Source of the DNA: a virus
Strand: one strand, 5' to 3'
Length of the DNA stretch: 64,000 nt
Virus record (IMG/VR): IMGVR_UViG_3300037245_003639
Position numbers and translations under genes: made by a program. Within the stretch, counting starts at the first letter, position 1; every line of letters starts with the position of its first letter. Shown here in pieces: positions 40,827-50,715 of the stretch. Below the pieces are notes generated by a model. The model was not told the DNA's origin. It was given only the letters and a program-made list of their open reading frames with translations, and did no database searches.

Positions 40827-41492
40827 TTACCAATCCATGCTGTCCTGCATATTTTGTGCTTTTTGTCTGATACGCTGGAGCGAGTTATCGACCGTCTTCT
40901 TCGTGATACGTTTGTCCGTAAAGACTTTCTTCAGGGCGTCTACTATCTCATCGTAATGAAGCTGTTGTATATAGAGTTTGAAGACTTCCTGTTCTAATGA
41001 CGACAACCTGGCCAGCAAGCGAATTTGACGAATTTGATGGGTCTCGTTTTTAGCAACTTGGTCGTCTACATTGGGAGCGTCTTCAGCAAGGATAGAAATC
41101 AGCGAAAGGCTTTCCCCTCCTTCTGATCTGTCTTCGTCCAATGATAAACTGGTATTCAAAACCTTTCGTTTTAGTTGGTTGTTCCCTTTGATAAGTGAGA
41201 ACAGATGTCTTTTAATGCATAAAATCGCAAAGGACTTAAACTTCCCGCGTTCGGGGTTAAAGTCCTCGATAGCTTTGTAACGTAGAGCATAGAGGCATTC
41301 TTGTTCGATCTCATCTGAGTCACATCCTGGTATTCGATATTTGCGACCAAACAGTTTGATATAGTAGTTCAGATACGTTTGCAGAAACTGAAAAGATGAT
41401 TCATTTGCATCCTCACGAACGTTGGTTACCAGAACAATTATCTCTTCTTCGTTGACTTTATTGCCTCTCTCTTTAGGAGAGGGCTGAATCAT
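40827..41492 (-). CDS. Sigma-factor-like protein (sigma-70 region 2 / region 4)
   Basis: YALRYKAIEDFNPERGKFKSFAILCIKRHLFSLIK is region-2-like. C-terminal HTH (YDEIVDALK...VDNSLQRIRQK). Confidence 0.55.
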   Translation of the reverse strand: MIQPSPKERGNKVNEEEIIVLVTNVREDANESSFQFLQTYLNYYIKLFGRKYRIPGCDSDEIEQECLYALRYKAIEDFNPERGKFKSFAILCIKRHLFSLIKGNNQLKRKVLNTSLSLDEDRSEGGESLSLISILAEDAPNVDDQVAKNETHQIRQIRLLARLSSLEQEVFKLYIQQLHYDEIVDALKKVFTDKRITKKTVDNSLQRIRQKAQNMQDSMDW

Positions 41493-41509
41493 ATTTTACT
41501 GTCGTCCTC

Positions 41510-42634
41510 CTAACGCCGGAAAGCAAACACGCTCTCCAAGAACCATTTCTGTAGAGCAATATCCGGTGGGTAATTGAGTTCAAATTCCCACTTTGCATGA
41601 CGCAACTTTCCAATTATATCTATTACGGCAGAAAGTTTATCATGTTCTTTACAATGGGAGAGCTGTTCTTTCAAGCGGCGCTTGCCTTCTTCAGAAACTT
41701 GCAAAAACTCTCCAGCTTTCATGCAGGTCAACCCGACCATAATGCTCCTGAAATGCTCCAGAAGACCCGCATACAACACATCAAAATCTGTGCCTGTGGC
41801 CAACATGCTGTTAATAATCCGAAACCCTTCGGATGCATCAGGTTTACCACCTTTGGTTCCTATGATTTGGTCAATCAAATTATAGTACAGGGTCTCCCCC
41901 ACCTCACCAAACATGGTCTGAGCATCAGCTATCGAAATGCTCTCTTTATCCGCAAAATCGCACAATTTCTCTAAGTTAGTGATGCCGTTACGCATGCTGC
42001 CAGATGACAAACGAGCACACAGGTTCAAAGCAGCAGGTTCTACTTCGACCTTCTCATGCTTCGCTATTCCCGCAAGTCGTTCCGTAATCAACGACCAGTA
42101 AATCTTGCTAAAATCATGCCGCTGACACCTGCTTTGAATAGCAGGCCGCACCTTCTGAATATCCGTTGTACACAAAATAAAACGCACATGAGGTGGTGGT
42201 TCTTCCAGTATTTTTAAAAGAGCGTCATTAGCAGTGGGCGACATTCGGTGGCACTCGTCGATTATGAATATTTTTGTTTTGGCTCCATCGATGGGGTTAT
42301 AAGCCGCATCCGCTTTGAGCTTCCGAATCTCATCCGCAGAGCCCGCAGAGCTTGCGGCATCAATCTCTCGAATGTCCGTGTGATTTCCCGCAAAAATACC
42401 TTTGCAAACAGAGCACTTGCCGCAAGGATGCAACCCCGGGCTATCTGTGCAATTTTCCATTGCAGCCAAAATGCGAGCAACCGTCGTTTTACCAGAACCG
42501 AACTGCCCCACAAATAGATAGCCATGCCGCAGTTTGTTATTCTTGATAGCATTGGACAGCGTTTGTACTACAATCGGCTGACCGACTACGTCTTCAAGAA
42601 CCAGAGGTCTGTATTTCAAAGCCAGATTACGCAT
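41510..42634 (-). CDS. dnaX: DNA polymerase III gamma/tau-like clamp-loader ATPase
   Basis: Walker A GQFGSGKTT. Zinc module CGKCSVCKG. Walker B IIDECHRMS. Sensor motifs. Confidence 0.85.
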   Translation of the reverse strand: MRNLALKYRPLVLEDVVGQPIVVQTLSNAIKNNKLRHGYLFVGQFGSGKTTVARILAAMENCTDSPGLHPCGKCSVCKGIFAGNHTDIREIDAASSAGSADEIRKLKADAAYNPIDGAKTKIFIIDECHRMSPTANDALLKILEEPPPHVRFILCTTDIQKVRPAIQSRCQRHDFSKIYWSLITERLAGIAKHEKVEVEPAALNLCARLSSGSMRNGITNLEKLCDFADKESISIADAQTMFGEVGETLYYNLIDQIIGTKGGKPDASEGFRIINSMLATGTDFDVLYAGLLEHFRSIMVGLTCMKAGEFLQVSEEGKRRLKEQLSHCKEHDKLSAVIDIIGKLRHAKWEFELNYPPDIALQKWFLESVFAFRR

Positions 42635-42642
42635 TGTTCACC

Positions 42643-44394
42643 TTACCATGACGACGGAACGTCAGTTTCTTCAATAACATCAGGATAATCAGATTCCATA
42701 AAATCAACATCAAACTGATGACCATTATACGTTAATACCCAAGTCCTCTGATCCTCTCCTTTTGCATCGGGATGTGACTTGCGTATTAGCTCAATCGGTC
42801 TGCGCCATGTCTTGTAAATATACTTCACGACGTATTCAGCATATGACAAGTCTAGGTTAACAGGGTCAGAACGCGAATGCTCTAAACGGAGCAAACCTGT
42901 TTCATCTACTCGTCTCACTACTATCTCGGGAACTCCATAATTATTGCGTGACCATGCAAAACCACGGATAATATCTTTCAGTTCCTTCGATTGGACGATT
43001 ACAGTTTTATTTTCGATATACTGTTCGTCTATTGCATGAGAACCCAAGTCGTCTTTCTCGGATTCTTTGAATCTCTCTTTGATTTTCTCTTGGATTCCAT
43101 AGTCATCTTTATACTTATCAGTGCTCCCATACATAAAAAGATGCAACTCATGGGCCAAGTCTTCGGTAAGGTAGTTCCTCATGAAAGAGACATCATCCTC
43201 TTCCATCATAACTTCACGAATCTTTTGGGCTCCATCGATGGTGACTGGAATTTTGCGATCCCATTCGTCCTCTCGATACCCTTGTTCGTAATACTCATCC
43301 CACCGCTTCTTGATATCCCGAAATATCCTGAATCCCATGTAATACGGATTCAAACGTGTAATTGAAGAAAAAGAATTGGGATTTTCCCTAACCAACCGAC
43401 TCCACACTTTCACTTTCTTACCTGTTGGACGGCCCATTTGATCAGTTTCTTCAACCTCTTCTTTCAGATGAGCTTTGGCTCCGGGCTGAACAACCTTTTC
43501 GTGCTGTGTGAGAAAGTCCAAATGCTCTTCGTCTGTCATGGGATATTTTATGTCCGTTACTCCGTAATCATTATCGTTCCCAAGAGCATACTGATCCATC
43601 AACTCTTTGTGCCAGTAAGAGGCCCAACCTTCATTCATAATTTTAGTGCGAAACATAGGATAGAAGTAATAAGCTTCTCTCCTTACCATTTCAAAGATCT
43701 TTTGTTGCCAAGGTTCCATGCTCGCATATTCTGACATAAACCATAGCAAATCACGTTCAGGTCTCGGGGGGATATGAATTCCCTCAATAACCTTTTGAAT
43801 GAGAGGGGCTTTATCGTTGATATGAACTATATCTTCATGAAGTTTTACTTCACGCTCTTTATAGACAGCTCGACGAGCAGCATATCTTTTTCGGCGCCTG
43901 CCCTTGAATATATCAATGTGGTGCTCTAAAGCAAGGGCGACATCCAGCCACTCATCTATAACATCGTCCCCATAGTCGTCTCTAAACTGTTCAATGATTA
44001 CAGCGTGGCGCTTAGCCACATTTACCATCTGCGTTTCATCAATTTTCTGAAACATAGAGTTGTTCTTAAAAAAATCGCTATGTGCATAACAGTGGGCTGC
44101 AATAAAAAGATTAGTGGTGTTGGTATTGTTCTTATCCAAAAACGCAAGAGAGGGGTCGTTATCCAGAATCAACTCATAGATTCTGGAGAAGCCCATCTCA
44201 CCTTGAGCCTTTTGGTACTGATATATCCGACCAAAACTCCAATGAGAATAACGAGTCGGAAGACCATAACTGGCTGTCTGCCAAATTACCGGCGCAGGAA
44301 CCTCAAAGAAGTGGACATCAAAAGGATCCAGCTTAGCTGCCAATGCCAGCCGTTCAATTTCAGCGAATCTTTCCTTCAATAGTTCAGTAGACAC
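42643..44394 (-). CDS. spoVR: SpoVR/YcgB family protein
   Basis: GLPTRYSHWSFGRIY...FIAAHCYAHSDFFKNN matches the SpoVR consensus. Confidence 0.85.
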   Translation of the reverse strand: MSTELLKERFAEIERLALAAKLDPFDVHFFEVPAPVIWQTASYGLPTRYSHWSFGRIYQYQKAQGEMGFSRIYELILDNDPSLAFLDKNNTNTTNLFIAAHCYAHSDFFKNNSMFQKIDETQMVNVAKRHAVIIEQFRDDYGDDVIDEWLDVALALEHHIDIFKGRRRKRYAARRAVYKEREVKLHEDIVHINDKAPLIQKVIEGIHIPPRPERDLLWFMSEYASMEPWQQKIFEMVRREAYYFYPMFRTKIMNEGWASYWHKELMDQYALGNDNDYGVTDIKYPMTDEEHLDFLTQHEKVVQPGAKAHLKEEVEETDQMGRPTGKKVKVWSRLVRENPNSFSSITRLNPYYMGFRIFRDIKKRWDEYYEQGYREDEWDRKIPVTIDGAQKIREVMMEEDDVSFMRNYLTEDLAHELHLFMYGSTDKYKDDYGIQEKIKERFKESEKDDLGSHAIDEQYIENKTVIVQSKELKDIIRGFAWSRNNYGVPEIVVRRVDETGLLRLEHSRSDPVNLDLSYAEYVVKYIYKTWRRPIELIRKSHPDAKGEDQRTWVLTYNGHQFDVDFMESDYPDVIEETDVPSSW

Positions 44395-44403
44395 AGCAAA
44401 TCC

Positions 44404-45576
44404 TTATGAGTGTTCCAAGCTCCGACGATGCGAATTCTGTAAGAAAGTCTGCAAAGCTTTCAGAATGTCGGAAGTCTCTTCAATCACAGAAACAATTACT
44501 CCGTCCTCTACCTCTGCCAACTCTCTGAAATGAGTAAGCAAACGGCTATCAGACTCACGCCAAGAATCAATGTTGATTTCTGCGTAAGCAAAAAGATTAC
44601 CCCCCAAAGTCATGATGTTTTTAACTAACTTCATGCACTTGGGTTCATCTCCAAAAGTATCTCCGTCAGATGAATGAAAACAGTAGATATTCCAACGATG
44701 ACCGGGATAGTTATGCCTGATTATGTCATGACACATCTCGTAAGCAGCCGAGACCCGAGTACCACCACTATCAGATATGGAGAAGAAATCTTTTTCAGTC
44801 AATTCACGGGCGTAGAAATCATGGGCAATGAATTTAACCTCCACCCTTTCGTATTTACGCTTCAGAAACTGAACGACCCAAAAGTAAAAAGCCTTCACTG
44901 CATAAATCTTGTCTTCCCACATGGACGCCGAGCGGTCCATCATCAGAAAGATTACAGCATTACTGTGTTTCTCTTCCGAAATATCCCAAGTACGATAGAC
45001 CATATCGTCTTTGGTATAGGGAATCTTCCCCGTTTTCCGAAGTGCATTCTTACGACGAATATGAGACAGAATGGTGCGCTTCTTGTCTATACAGGATTCT
45101 ACGCCAGATCCTTTACGACGATCTGTATACTCAAGAACATTGCTGACGATTTCGTTCTTCTTGGTATCGTCTAAATCGGGAAGCTCTAGCTCCGAGATCA
45201 TCATATCAGTCAGCTCATCGACTGTATATTCGGCCTCAAACAGCTCACCACCGTCTGCATCACCAGCCCGAGGACCAGGTTTTTCCCCTGGCTGAGGACG
45301 ATAGAGAACCTCATCATCATCTAGCTCATCATAGTTATCACGACCAACTATGTCGGTTCGGTCCTTATTGTGAATAAACCGAAACTGATCGAGGTATTTG
45401 AGACGAATCTTGATTTTCTTATTACCCTCAGATGTAATGATATCTTGCTGAGAGATAATGTCTTTCAATTGCTTTCGAACTGCTTCATCGACACGCTTAT
45501 TATGTTTTTCAGCATCCCTACTTCCCCTGCGCAAAATATCGTAGGGGAAATCTTGTTCTATAATTGTAGAACCCAT
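44404..45576 (-). CDS. yeaH: YeaH/YhbH family protein (DUF444, vWA-like)
   Basis: VIFLMMDRSASMWEDK...VEVKFIAHD...FFSISDSGGTRVSAAYEMC...WNIYCFHSSDGD is collinear with E. coli YeaH (MFCLMDVSGSM...VEVVYIRHH...GGTIVSSAL...WNIYAAQASDGD). Confidence 0.85.
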   Translation of the reverse strand: MGSTIIEQDFPYDILRRGSRDAEKHNKRVDEAVRKQLKDIISQQDIITSEGNKKIKIRLKYLDQFRFIHNKDRTDIVGRDNYDELDDDEVLYRPQPGEKPGPRAGDADGGELFEAEYTVDELTDMMISELELPDLDDTKKNEIVSNVLEYTDRRKGSGVESCIDKKRTILSHIRRKNALRKTGKIPYTKDDMVYRTWDISEEKHSNAVIFLMMDRSASMWEDKIYAVKAFYFWVVQFLKRKYERVEVKFIAHDFYARELTEKDFFSISDSGGTRVSAAYEMCHDIIRHNYPGHRWNIYCFHSSDGDTFGDEPKCMKLVKNIMTLGGNLFAYAEINIDSWRESDSRLLTHFRELAEVEDGVIVSVIEETSDILKALQTFLQNSHRRSLEHS

Positions 45577-45584
45577 AATTCGCC

Positions 45585-47648
45585 TTACTTATCGAACAGG
45601 TGAGCAGTAGCATACTTCAGCACTTCATTCGCAGAAGCAGCAGTATAACCTTGTTGATCAACCATTCGATCAATTACGTCGTTTAAACGACGCAGACCTT
45701 CTGGATCGGGATTGCGAGTAGAGACAGTCATGCGAATTGTTCCTTGCCTCTCTTCGAACAGTTGTTTCTGGATGGCTTCACGCAATTGGGCGTGTTGTGT
45801 ATAGTCTACCTTTTTGCCTTTGTGAGCAGCGATTCCGAAGAAGTGTAGAATCTCATGACGGAAATCATCGACTCCACTCTTGCTTACTTCTAGGTGGCCC
45901 TCGATGCCTTCCATGAGCTTCTCGTCAAGTTCGATTTCTTTATCGGTGATTGGATCTCGTTGTTTCTCATCTGAGAGAGACATCTCAATCTGCGTCAGAT
46001 AGTTATCACAGAGATTCTTGGCTTCATCTTCAAACGATAGGAAGAAAGCTTTCTGAATGTCGTTTCTTAGCAAATCATTCCACTCATTCCGACTTGCGTC
46101 AATGAATTGTTCGAAACGGGCCTTCTCTTCTTTGCTAAAGGAATCCCTGTGCTGAACGCCACTTAGGAGTTGACGCAGCACATCCAAAGCCGTGATATAA
46201 TCTCTACCATCTTCAGCCGCATTAGCAATGGAAGCGTTGATCTGGTCGATCACGAATCGAGGAGAGATACCAAACATACCTTCCCTGGGAGCATCCTTAT
46301 ACATATCATGGACACATGAAGGCTTATGGCCTTTAACGTGCTGCCCGTCATACAACTTCATCTTTGTCACGAGCGTCAGATCACTGTCCTTCGGAGGCTC
46401 TAAACGAGTTAAAGTAGCGAACATGGCTGATGCTTCTAAAGTATGCGGAGCGATATGAATCGCTTTTGTTTCGCCTGCCTTGACTGCCTTGACTGCCTTG
46501 ACTGCTTTGACTGACCGTTTGCCTGCCTTGACCGACTGTTTGCCTGCCTTGACTGACCGTTTGCCCACCTGAACCGACATCCCGTGGGCATCGTCTCCGC
46601 TTTTGATGCTCAAATCGCTGTCACGCAGAAGCTTCTCGTAAATCTTGACTTCGTTTTTTATGCCGAGGTTGTATGGCACCCGAATAATTACCATACGGTC
46701 ATGATAGGCCTCGTACTTTCGCTCGGCCATGAAGTTTTTGAACTCTTCCTCGTTGGTATGCATAATAATGAAAGTGTCGATTGAGATAAGACCAAATCTT
46801 GGAGCTTTGATCATCTTCTCTTGTGTAGCCGTGAGAAGAACTCTCAAGAAACGTTCGTCAGCCTTGAGTCCTTCAATGAATTCCATGATACCCCGGTTAG
46901 CGACTTCAAGCTCACCATTCAAATTGTAAGCCCGAGGGTCTCCCTCGTTGCCCACTTCCTGAATACGGGCGTAGTCAATACCACCGACTAACTCGCTTTG
47001 ATCCTGACTTTTTGGATCTTGTGGGAGCCATGTGCCAATTCCAATCCGCCGAGATTCGGAAATAAAGACTTGCTCAATGGGATATTCTAGGAACTTGCCC
47101 TTGAATTCATGCTCAAGTCGCCACGCCGTATGGGGGCTCAGTTGGCCTTCGATAGAGATGCCGTATCGCTTCTTGAAATCTGCTCGCAAATCATCTGGAA
47201 TGAGCAGAAACGGACTTTCATGCATCTCGCTGTCCTTAAGAGCGAAAAGAGCACCTTCCGTCTCTTTGGTAAATGCCTCCAGCCCTCGTTTGATACGGAT
47301 CACGAGATCGCTTTTACCAGAGGAAGGAGGCCCGTACAACAGCAACATACGACGAGCCGTCTCGGTCTTTCTGGCAGCAGCATGAACATAAGACATGATT
47401 TGGTCAATAGATGACTCAATACCGTACAATGAGTCCTCAAAAAACTTGTACTGCGTCCGAGCACGACCAAAATAATCGTGTGTGTCTGTCCCCTTAGCCG
47501 TAATCATGCTTTCAATACGCTGATGAGCCAAATGCCCGATACCAGGATACTTGTCAGTCTCAAACAAACGCAGAAAATCTTTGAAGGAGCCTTCCCAGCG
47601 CGAGATTGAGCGCTGCTCAGCAGCTTCAAGTTTCTCAATGAAGTTCAT
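45585..47648 (-). CDS. prkA: PrkA/YeaG AAA-type serine protein kinase
   Basis: LLLYGPPSSGKSDLV P-loop and PrkA C-terminal domain. Contains an in-frame K/V/A-rich tandem repeat insert. Confidence 0.9.
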   Translation of the reverse strand: MNFIEKLEAAEQRSISRWEGSFKDFLRLFETDKYPGIGHLAHQRIESMITAKGTDTHDYFGRARTQYKFFEDSLYGIESSIDQIMSYVHAAARKTETARRMLLLYGPPSSGKSDLVIRIKRGLEAFTKETEGALFALKDSEMHESPFLLIPDDLRADFKKRYGISIEGQLSPHTAWRLEHEFKGKFLEYPIEQVFISESRRIGIGTWLPQDPKSQDQSELVGGIDYARIQEVGNEGDPRAYNLNGELEVANRGIMEFIEGLKADERFLRVLLTATQEKMIKAPRFGLISIDTFIIMHTNEEEFKNFMAERKYEAYHDRMVIIRVPYNLGIKNEVKIYEKLLRDSDLSIKSGDDAHGMSVQVGKRSVKAGKQSVKAGKRSVKAVKAVKAVKAGETKAIHIAPHTLEASAMFATLTRLEPPKDSDLTLVTKMKLYDGQHVKGHKPSCVHDMYKDAPREGMFGISPRFVIDQINASIANAAEDGRDYITALDVLRQLLSGVQHRDSFSKEEKARFEQFIDASRNEWNDLLRNDIQKAFFLSFEDEAKNLCDNYLTQIEMSLSDEKQRDPITDKEIELDEKLMEGIEGHLEVSKSGVDDFRHEILHFFGIAAHKGKKVDYTQHAQLREAIQKQLFEERQGTIRMTVSTRNPDPEGLRRLNDVIDRMVDQQGYTAASANEVLKYATAHLFDK
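46474..46566. repeat. In-frame tandem repeat (9-nt gccttgact x4 plus 21-nt units) inside prkA
   Basis: Encodes SVKAGKQSVKAGKRSVKAVKAVKAVKAG between the PrkA domains. Confidence 0.7.
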
Positions 47649-47657
47649 AATAACTCC

Positions 47658-48509
47658 TCAGAACCCAAGGATTTCACTCAAAACCGGTTTAATAGCTTCA
47701 TTCTGCTCTTCAATAGTCATCTCAGCATTGTTAAGTATGAAACAACGCTCTCTGTTCCAATCAAAATCGTCGAGAGCAGACTCACTCGAATGTACATCAT
47801 TCAAACCAAAAGGGCTTCGTGTCAAGCGAATTACAAAACCTTTTGACTCTGTTAAGACAGTTTCAACTTCGTCAGGAAAACGGTTATCAGTTATGACTGA
47901 AAATGGCTTGCCTATTTTCTTGATACGGCGGATAGTGGCTTTTGCCCAGACATTACCGAACGTCTGTCGGACTAGATCAGTTCCAAAAACCTGCATGATA
48001 TCACGACCCGTCATTGGCCCATCCATGTAACAGGGGTAGGATCGCTGTAATTTATTGGGCAGTTCCATTCCTTTAGCGACAGCAACCTGGGAAAGACGCA
48101 TATTGTAAAACTCATCCATCAACTCGTCCTGGGTCTTGCCTTGCGCTACCAACTTCCGGGCTAAGTCATCAGCAAACTTCCATGCAATGAATCGAGGAAC
48201 ATCATCCCATTCATATTGAGTGGGAGCATTTTTCTCTTCCTCGGTCCCGTAGCAAGCCTCATAGGGCAATCCCAGAACATCTATACAAAAGTCTTTCAGG
48301 GCATCTGCGAAAGAGCACTCGAAAGTCAAAAGTTCGTCGGCTTTCTCTTGATGTTGCTCTAATGATATATACCCAGCATCTCTGCCCTGAGTTAAGTTCG
48401 ACAACTGAAAGGAGGCTTGTTGCTCAGCATAATATTGCTTGATGAACTGGCCTAATGTGTTTTTACCAGCTTGTTTACGACCAGACATGGCAATGATTAT
48501 TTGATCCAT
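47658..48509 (-). CDS. Deoxynucleoside monophosphate kinase (T4 gp1-like P-loop kinase)
   Basis: IIIAMSGRKQAGKNT parallels T4 dNMP kinase LIFLSGVKRSGKDT. Confidence 0.55.
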   Translation of the reverse strand: MDQIIIAMSGRKQAGKNTLGQFIKQYYAEQQASFQLSNLTQGRDAGYISLEQHQEKADELLTFECSFADALKDFCIDVLGLPYEACYGTEEEKNAPTQYEWDDVPRFIAWKFADDLARKLVAQGKTQDELMDEFYNMRLSQVAVAKGMELPNKLQRSYPCYMDGPMTGRDIMQVFGTDLVRQTFGNVWAKATIRRIKKIGKPFSVITDNRFPDEVETVLTESKGFVIRLTRSPFGLNDVHSSESALDDFDWNRERCFILNNAEMTIEEQNEAIKPVLSEILGF

Positions 48510-48904
48510 TACGAACCTGGCAACTCCCTGACAGCTACTTGGGCCTTTCCTGCAAGAGCGAAATACTTCGTGTCATTAACCACTTCGCCCTTCTTGTAGG
48601 TGGGTTCGCCCAAATCCTCTTTCTTCTTGGAAGGCGGGCCATTCTTGGGGTATTCCATATACCATTCTTTGCCATCCAACACACCTAAGAACACCCCCTT
48701 TTTGGTCATCATAAAGACCTCTGAAGCATCCAATTTCTCTGCTGCGGCAAGTGCGTTATTGCAATTTCTCTCGGTGATATAGTCCACCGCAGCCTTCATC
48801 GCCGTTTGCTGCGTTTCAAAACGAGTGAGAGCGCGATCGTAATACCTGACTGGCGCCCAATCTATTCCTATGTCATCCTTTTCAACTACTTGGTACTTAG
48901 CCAT
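48509..48904 (-). CDS. Hypothetical protein
   Basis: 131-aa ORF. Confidence 0.4.
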   Translation of the reverse strand: MAKYQVVEKDDIGIDWAPVRYYDRALTRFETQQTAMKAAVDYITERNCNNALAAAEKLDASEVFMMTKKGVFLGVLDGKEWYMEYPKNGPPSKKKEDLGEPTYKKGEVVNDTKYFALAGKAQVAVRELPGS

Positions 48905-48959
48905 TAATCTTTCCTTATTATTTCCTCGAATATCGTTCCACTATTAATCACTTCTAGTG

Positions 48960-49418
48960 TTACTCATCAACGCGAGGGTTCTCGACGAAAGCAACATCGT
49001 CGTTCAGCAGGTGGGGCAATTTCCCACGCATCTGCCAGTCGGGTCCGAAGGTACGGACCATTAGATTCTGGTCTCGATAATCAAGTGGCCCAACCTTGCC
49101 ACTGTTAGCTTCATCCTCTGGAATGCGTAGCAAAGCCGAGAAGATCAAAGCCAACTTAGCTTCATCTGACCGACTCTCCCACTCGCCTTGATGAAACATG
49201 ATAAAGTATCGCTTCGAGTTCGTGAAGCTCATTGGCTCTGGTTCACCCGTCATATCATAAGGCTTTGCTTTTTTGTCGGGCTTATCTTTATTGGACTCAT
49301 AAGCCATAATCCAGCCAGCGTTGATATGGGCGAACTTTTCAGGATACTTTGCAACCAGTTTCTCAACCATCTCACCATAGTCTTCAATTACAGTCCACTG
49401 AGGTTTCACTTGCGGCAT
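48960..49418 (-). CDS. Hypothetical protein
   Basis: 152-aa ORF. Confidence 0.4.
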   Translation of the reverse strand: MPQVKPQWTVIEDYGEMVEKLVAKYPEKFAHINAGWIMAYESNKDKPDKKAKPYDMTGEPEPMSFTNSKRYFIMFHQGEWESRSDEAKLALIFSALLRIPEDEANSGKVGPLDYRDQNLMVRTFGPDWQMRGKLPHLLNDDVAFVENPRVDE

Positions 49419-49443
49419 TTTTCATTCTCCTTGTGCAAACTCA

Positions 49444-50241
49444 TTATACTTCGTTGCCTTGGGCCAAATCCAATAACAACCAATCTTTGGCATTATATGA
49501 GGTCCGACCATTGGCTATATTGTCCAATCGTGCAATAAGCTCATCGACTGTCCCGAACACGTTATTATGACCAACCAGCCACATCATCCACCCTGAACAA
49601 GTTTCCTTGCCCCCTTCCCAAACCATGTAAACCGGCTTACGTTGTTGACGAGCTACCACTATCTCATGGATTGTGCCATAAGTAGGAATTCGCATACTCT
49701 GCAATGCTTCGAGAAGGGCTTGAGCTACATGGGCTGTATTATGAATGCCCTTCAAAATGGTTGATGCGTCATTAGGATGTTTCTCTTGGAGCCCATTTAG
49801 AATGCCGATGCCGTAATCAATAATATCCACAGACGGAGCGTATTTATCTCCTACCATAGGCATATTGACAAGAACTATATCAGACTTGTCTACCAGTCGC
49901 AAATCAACATGAGCGATCTGGCTTACCGTCTCGGTAAGTTCTTTCCACTCATGTTTCTCACGATGAGAATGCATGATTTTTGATTCATCATTAAGGTTAA
50001 AGGGAGTGCCTGGAGGTAAGGGCTTCTTGCAAGGATTGAGGATTTGACTTTTGTCCAAACCTATACCCTGGAGCTTTTCTGACCAATCATCCCGCCAGGA
50101 TGCTCCACCTTCGCGGTCGAAATCTATTGGCCCCGACAGATAGACATGAAAGTGATCCCAACCGAAGCAGTTCTTCACGAGCATTGGTTCTTCAGGCATT
50201 ATCATCTCCCGCATCTGACAGGAACACTTGTTGTTCAACAT
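49444..50241 (-). CDS. Nucleoside 2-deoxyribosyltransferase / DNPH1-like protein
   Basis: VYLSGPIDFD (YLAGP-like) and GTIHEIVVARQQRKPVYMV (G(T/S)xxExGxA...KPV). Confidence 0.4.
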   Translation of the reverse strand: MLNNKCSCQMREMIMPEEPMLVKNCFGWDHFHVYLSGPIDFDREGGASWRDDWSEKLQGIGLDKSQILNPCKKPLPPGTPFNLNDESKIMHSHREKHEWKELTETVSQIAHVDLRLVDKSDIVLVNMPMVGDKYAPSVDIIDYGIGILNGLQEKHPNDASTILKGIHNTAHVAQALLEALQSMRIPTYGTIHEIVVARQQRKPVYMVWEGGKETCSGWMMWLVGHNNVFGTVDELIARLDNIANGRTSYNAKDWLLLDLAQGNEV

Positions 50242-50500
50242 GCTCGTAGTCTTTGCCGCTCATGTTGTATTCAAAGGAAGCAGAAGATTCCCAAACGGCT
50301 GTGGTATCTGCTTCCACTGGCCCTTGAGAATCTTCCGCTGTTATACTGCCAAGTTTGAATGCTCTTTCTCCGTCCACGAAAAAAGCACACCATTTACTTT
50401 GATTTTGGTGGCTTAGCATGCGAGCTTTGATTAGCAAAGGCAACAACGTGTCCGCTGCTTCGCGAGTGCATTCAATTGTGATAGTTACTAGATCCATCAT
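50192..50500 (-). CDS. Hypothetical protein
   Basis: 102-aa ORF; 50-nt overlap with the neighbour. Confidence 0.3.
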   Translation of the reverse strand: MMDLVTITIECTREAADTLLPLLIKARMLSHQNQSKWCAFFVDGERAFKLGSITAEDSQGPVEADTTAVWESSASFEYNMSGKDYEHVEQQVFLSDAGDDNA

Positions 50501-50715
50501 TCCATCAGTGTGTCAATGGCTTCACTTACTAAGCTGTGCAATTCGGTTCTAACAAGATTCAAACTGCCCTTGTAAAAACGCAAGGGAACTTCAATTATTT
50601 GCTCTCCGACTTGTACACTTGCTGAAGTTGATTTATCGGCCTGAGGCACTGCCACCAAAGCAATACCGACTATTGGACTACGCTCTCCATCTAAAGCTTT
50701 AACTTCTATACTCAT
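50497..50715 (-). CDS. Hypothetical protein
   Basis: 72-aa ORF; ATGA-type coupling. Confidence 0.35.
   Translation of the reverse strand: MSIEVKALDGERSPIVGIALVAVPQADKSTSASVQVGEQIIEVPLRFYKGSLNLVRTELHSLVSEAIDTLME

Noticed and set aside
46474-46566. Possible CRISPR-like array because of regularly spaced short direct repeats
   Set aside because: Repeat units are 9 and 21 nt, contiguous and without unique spacers, in frame inside prkA. No cas genes or leader are present. It is a coding tandem repeat, not CRISPR.
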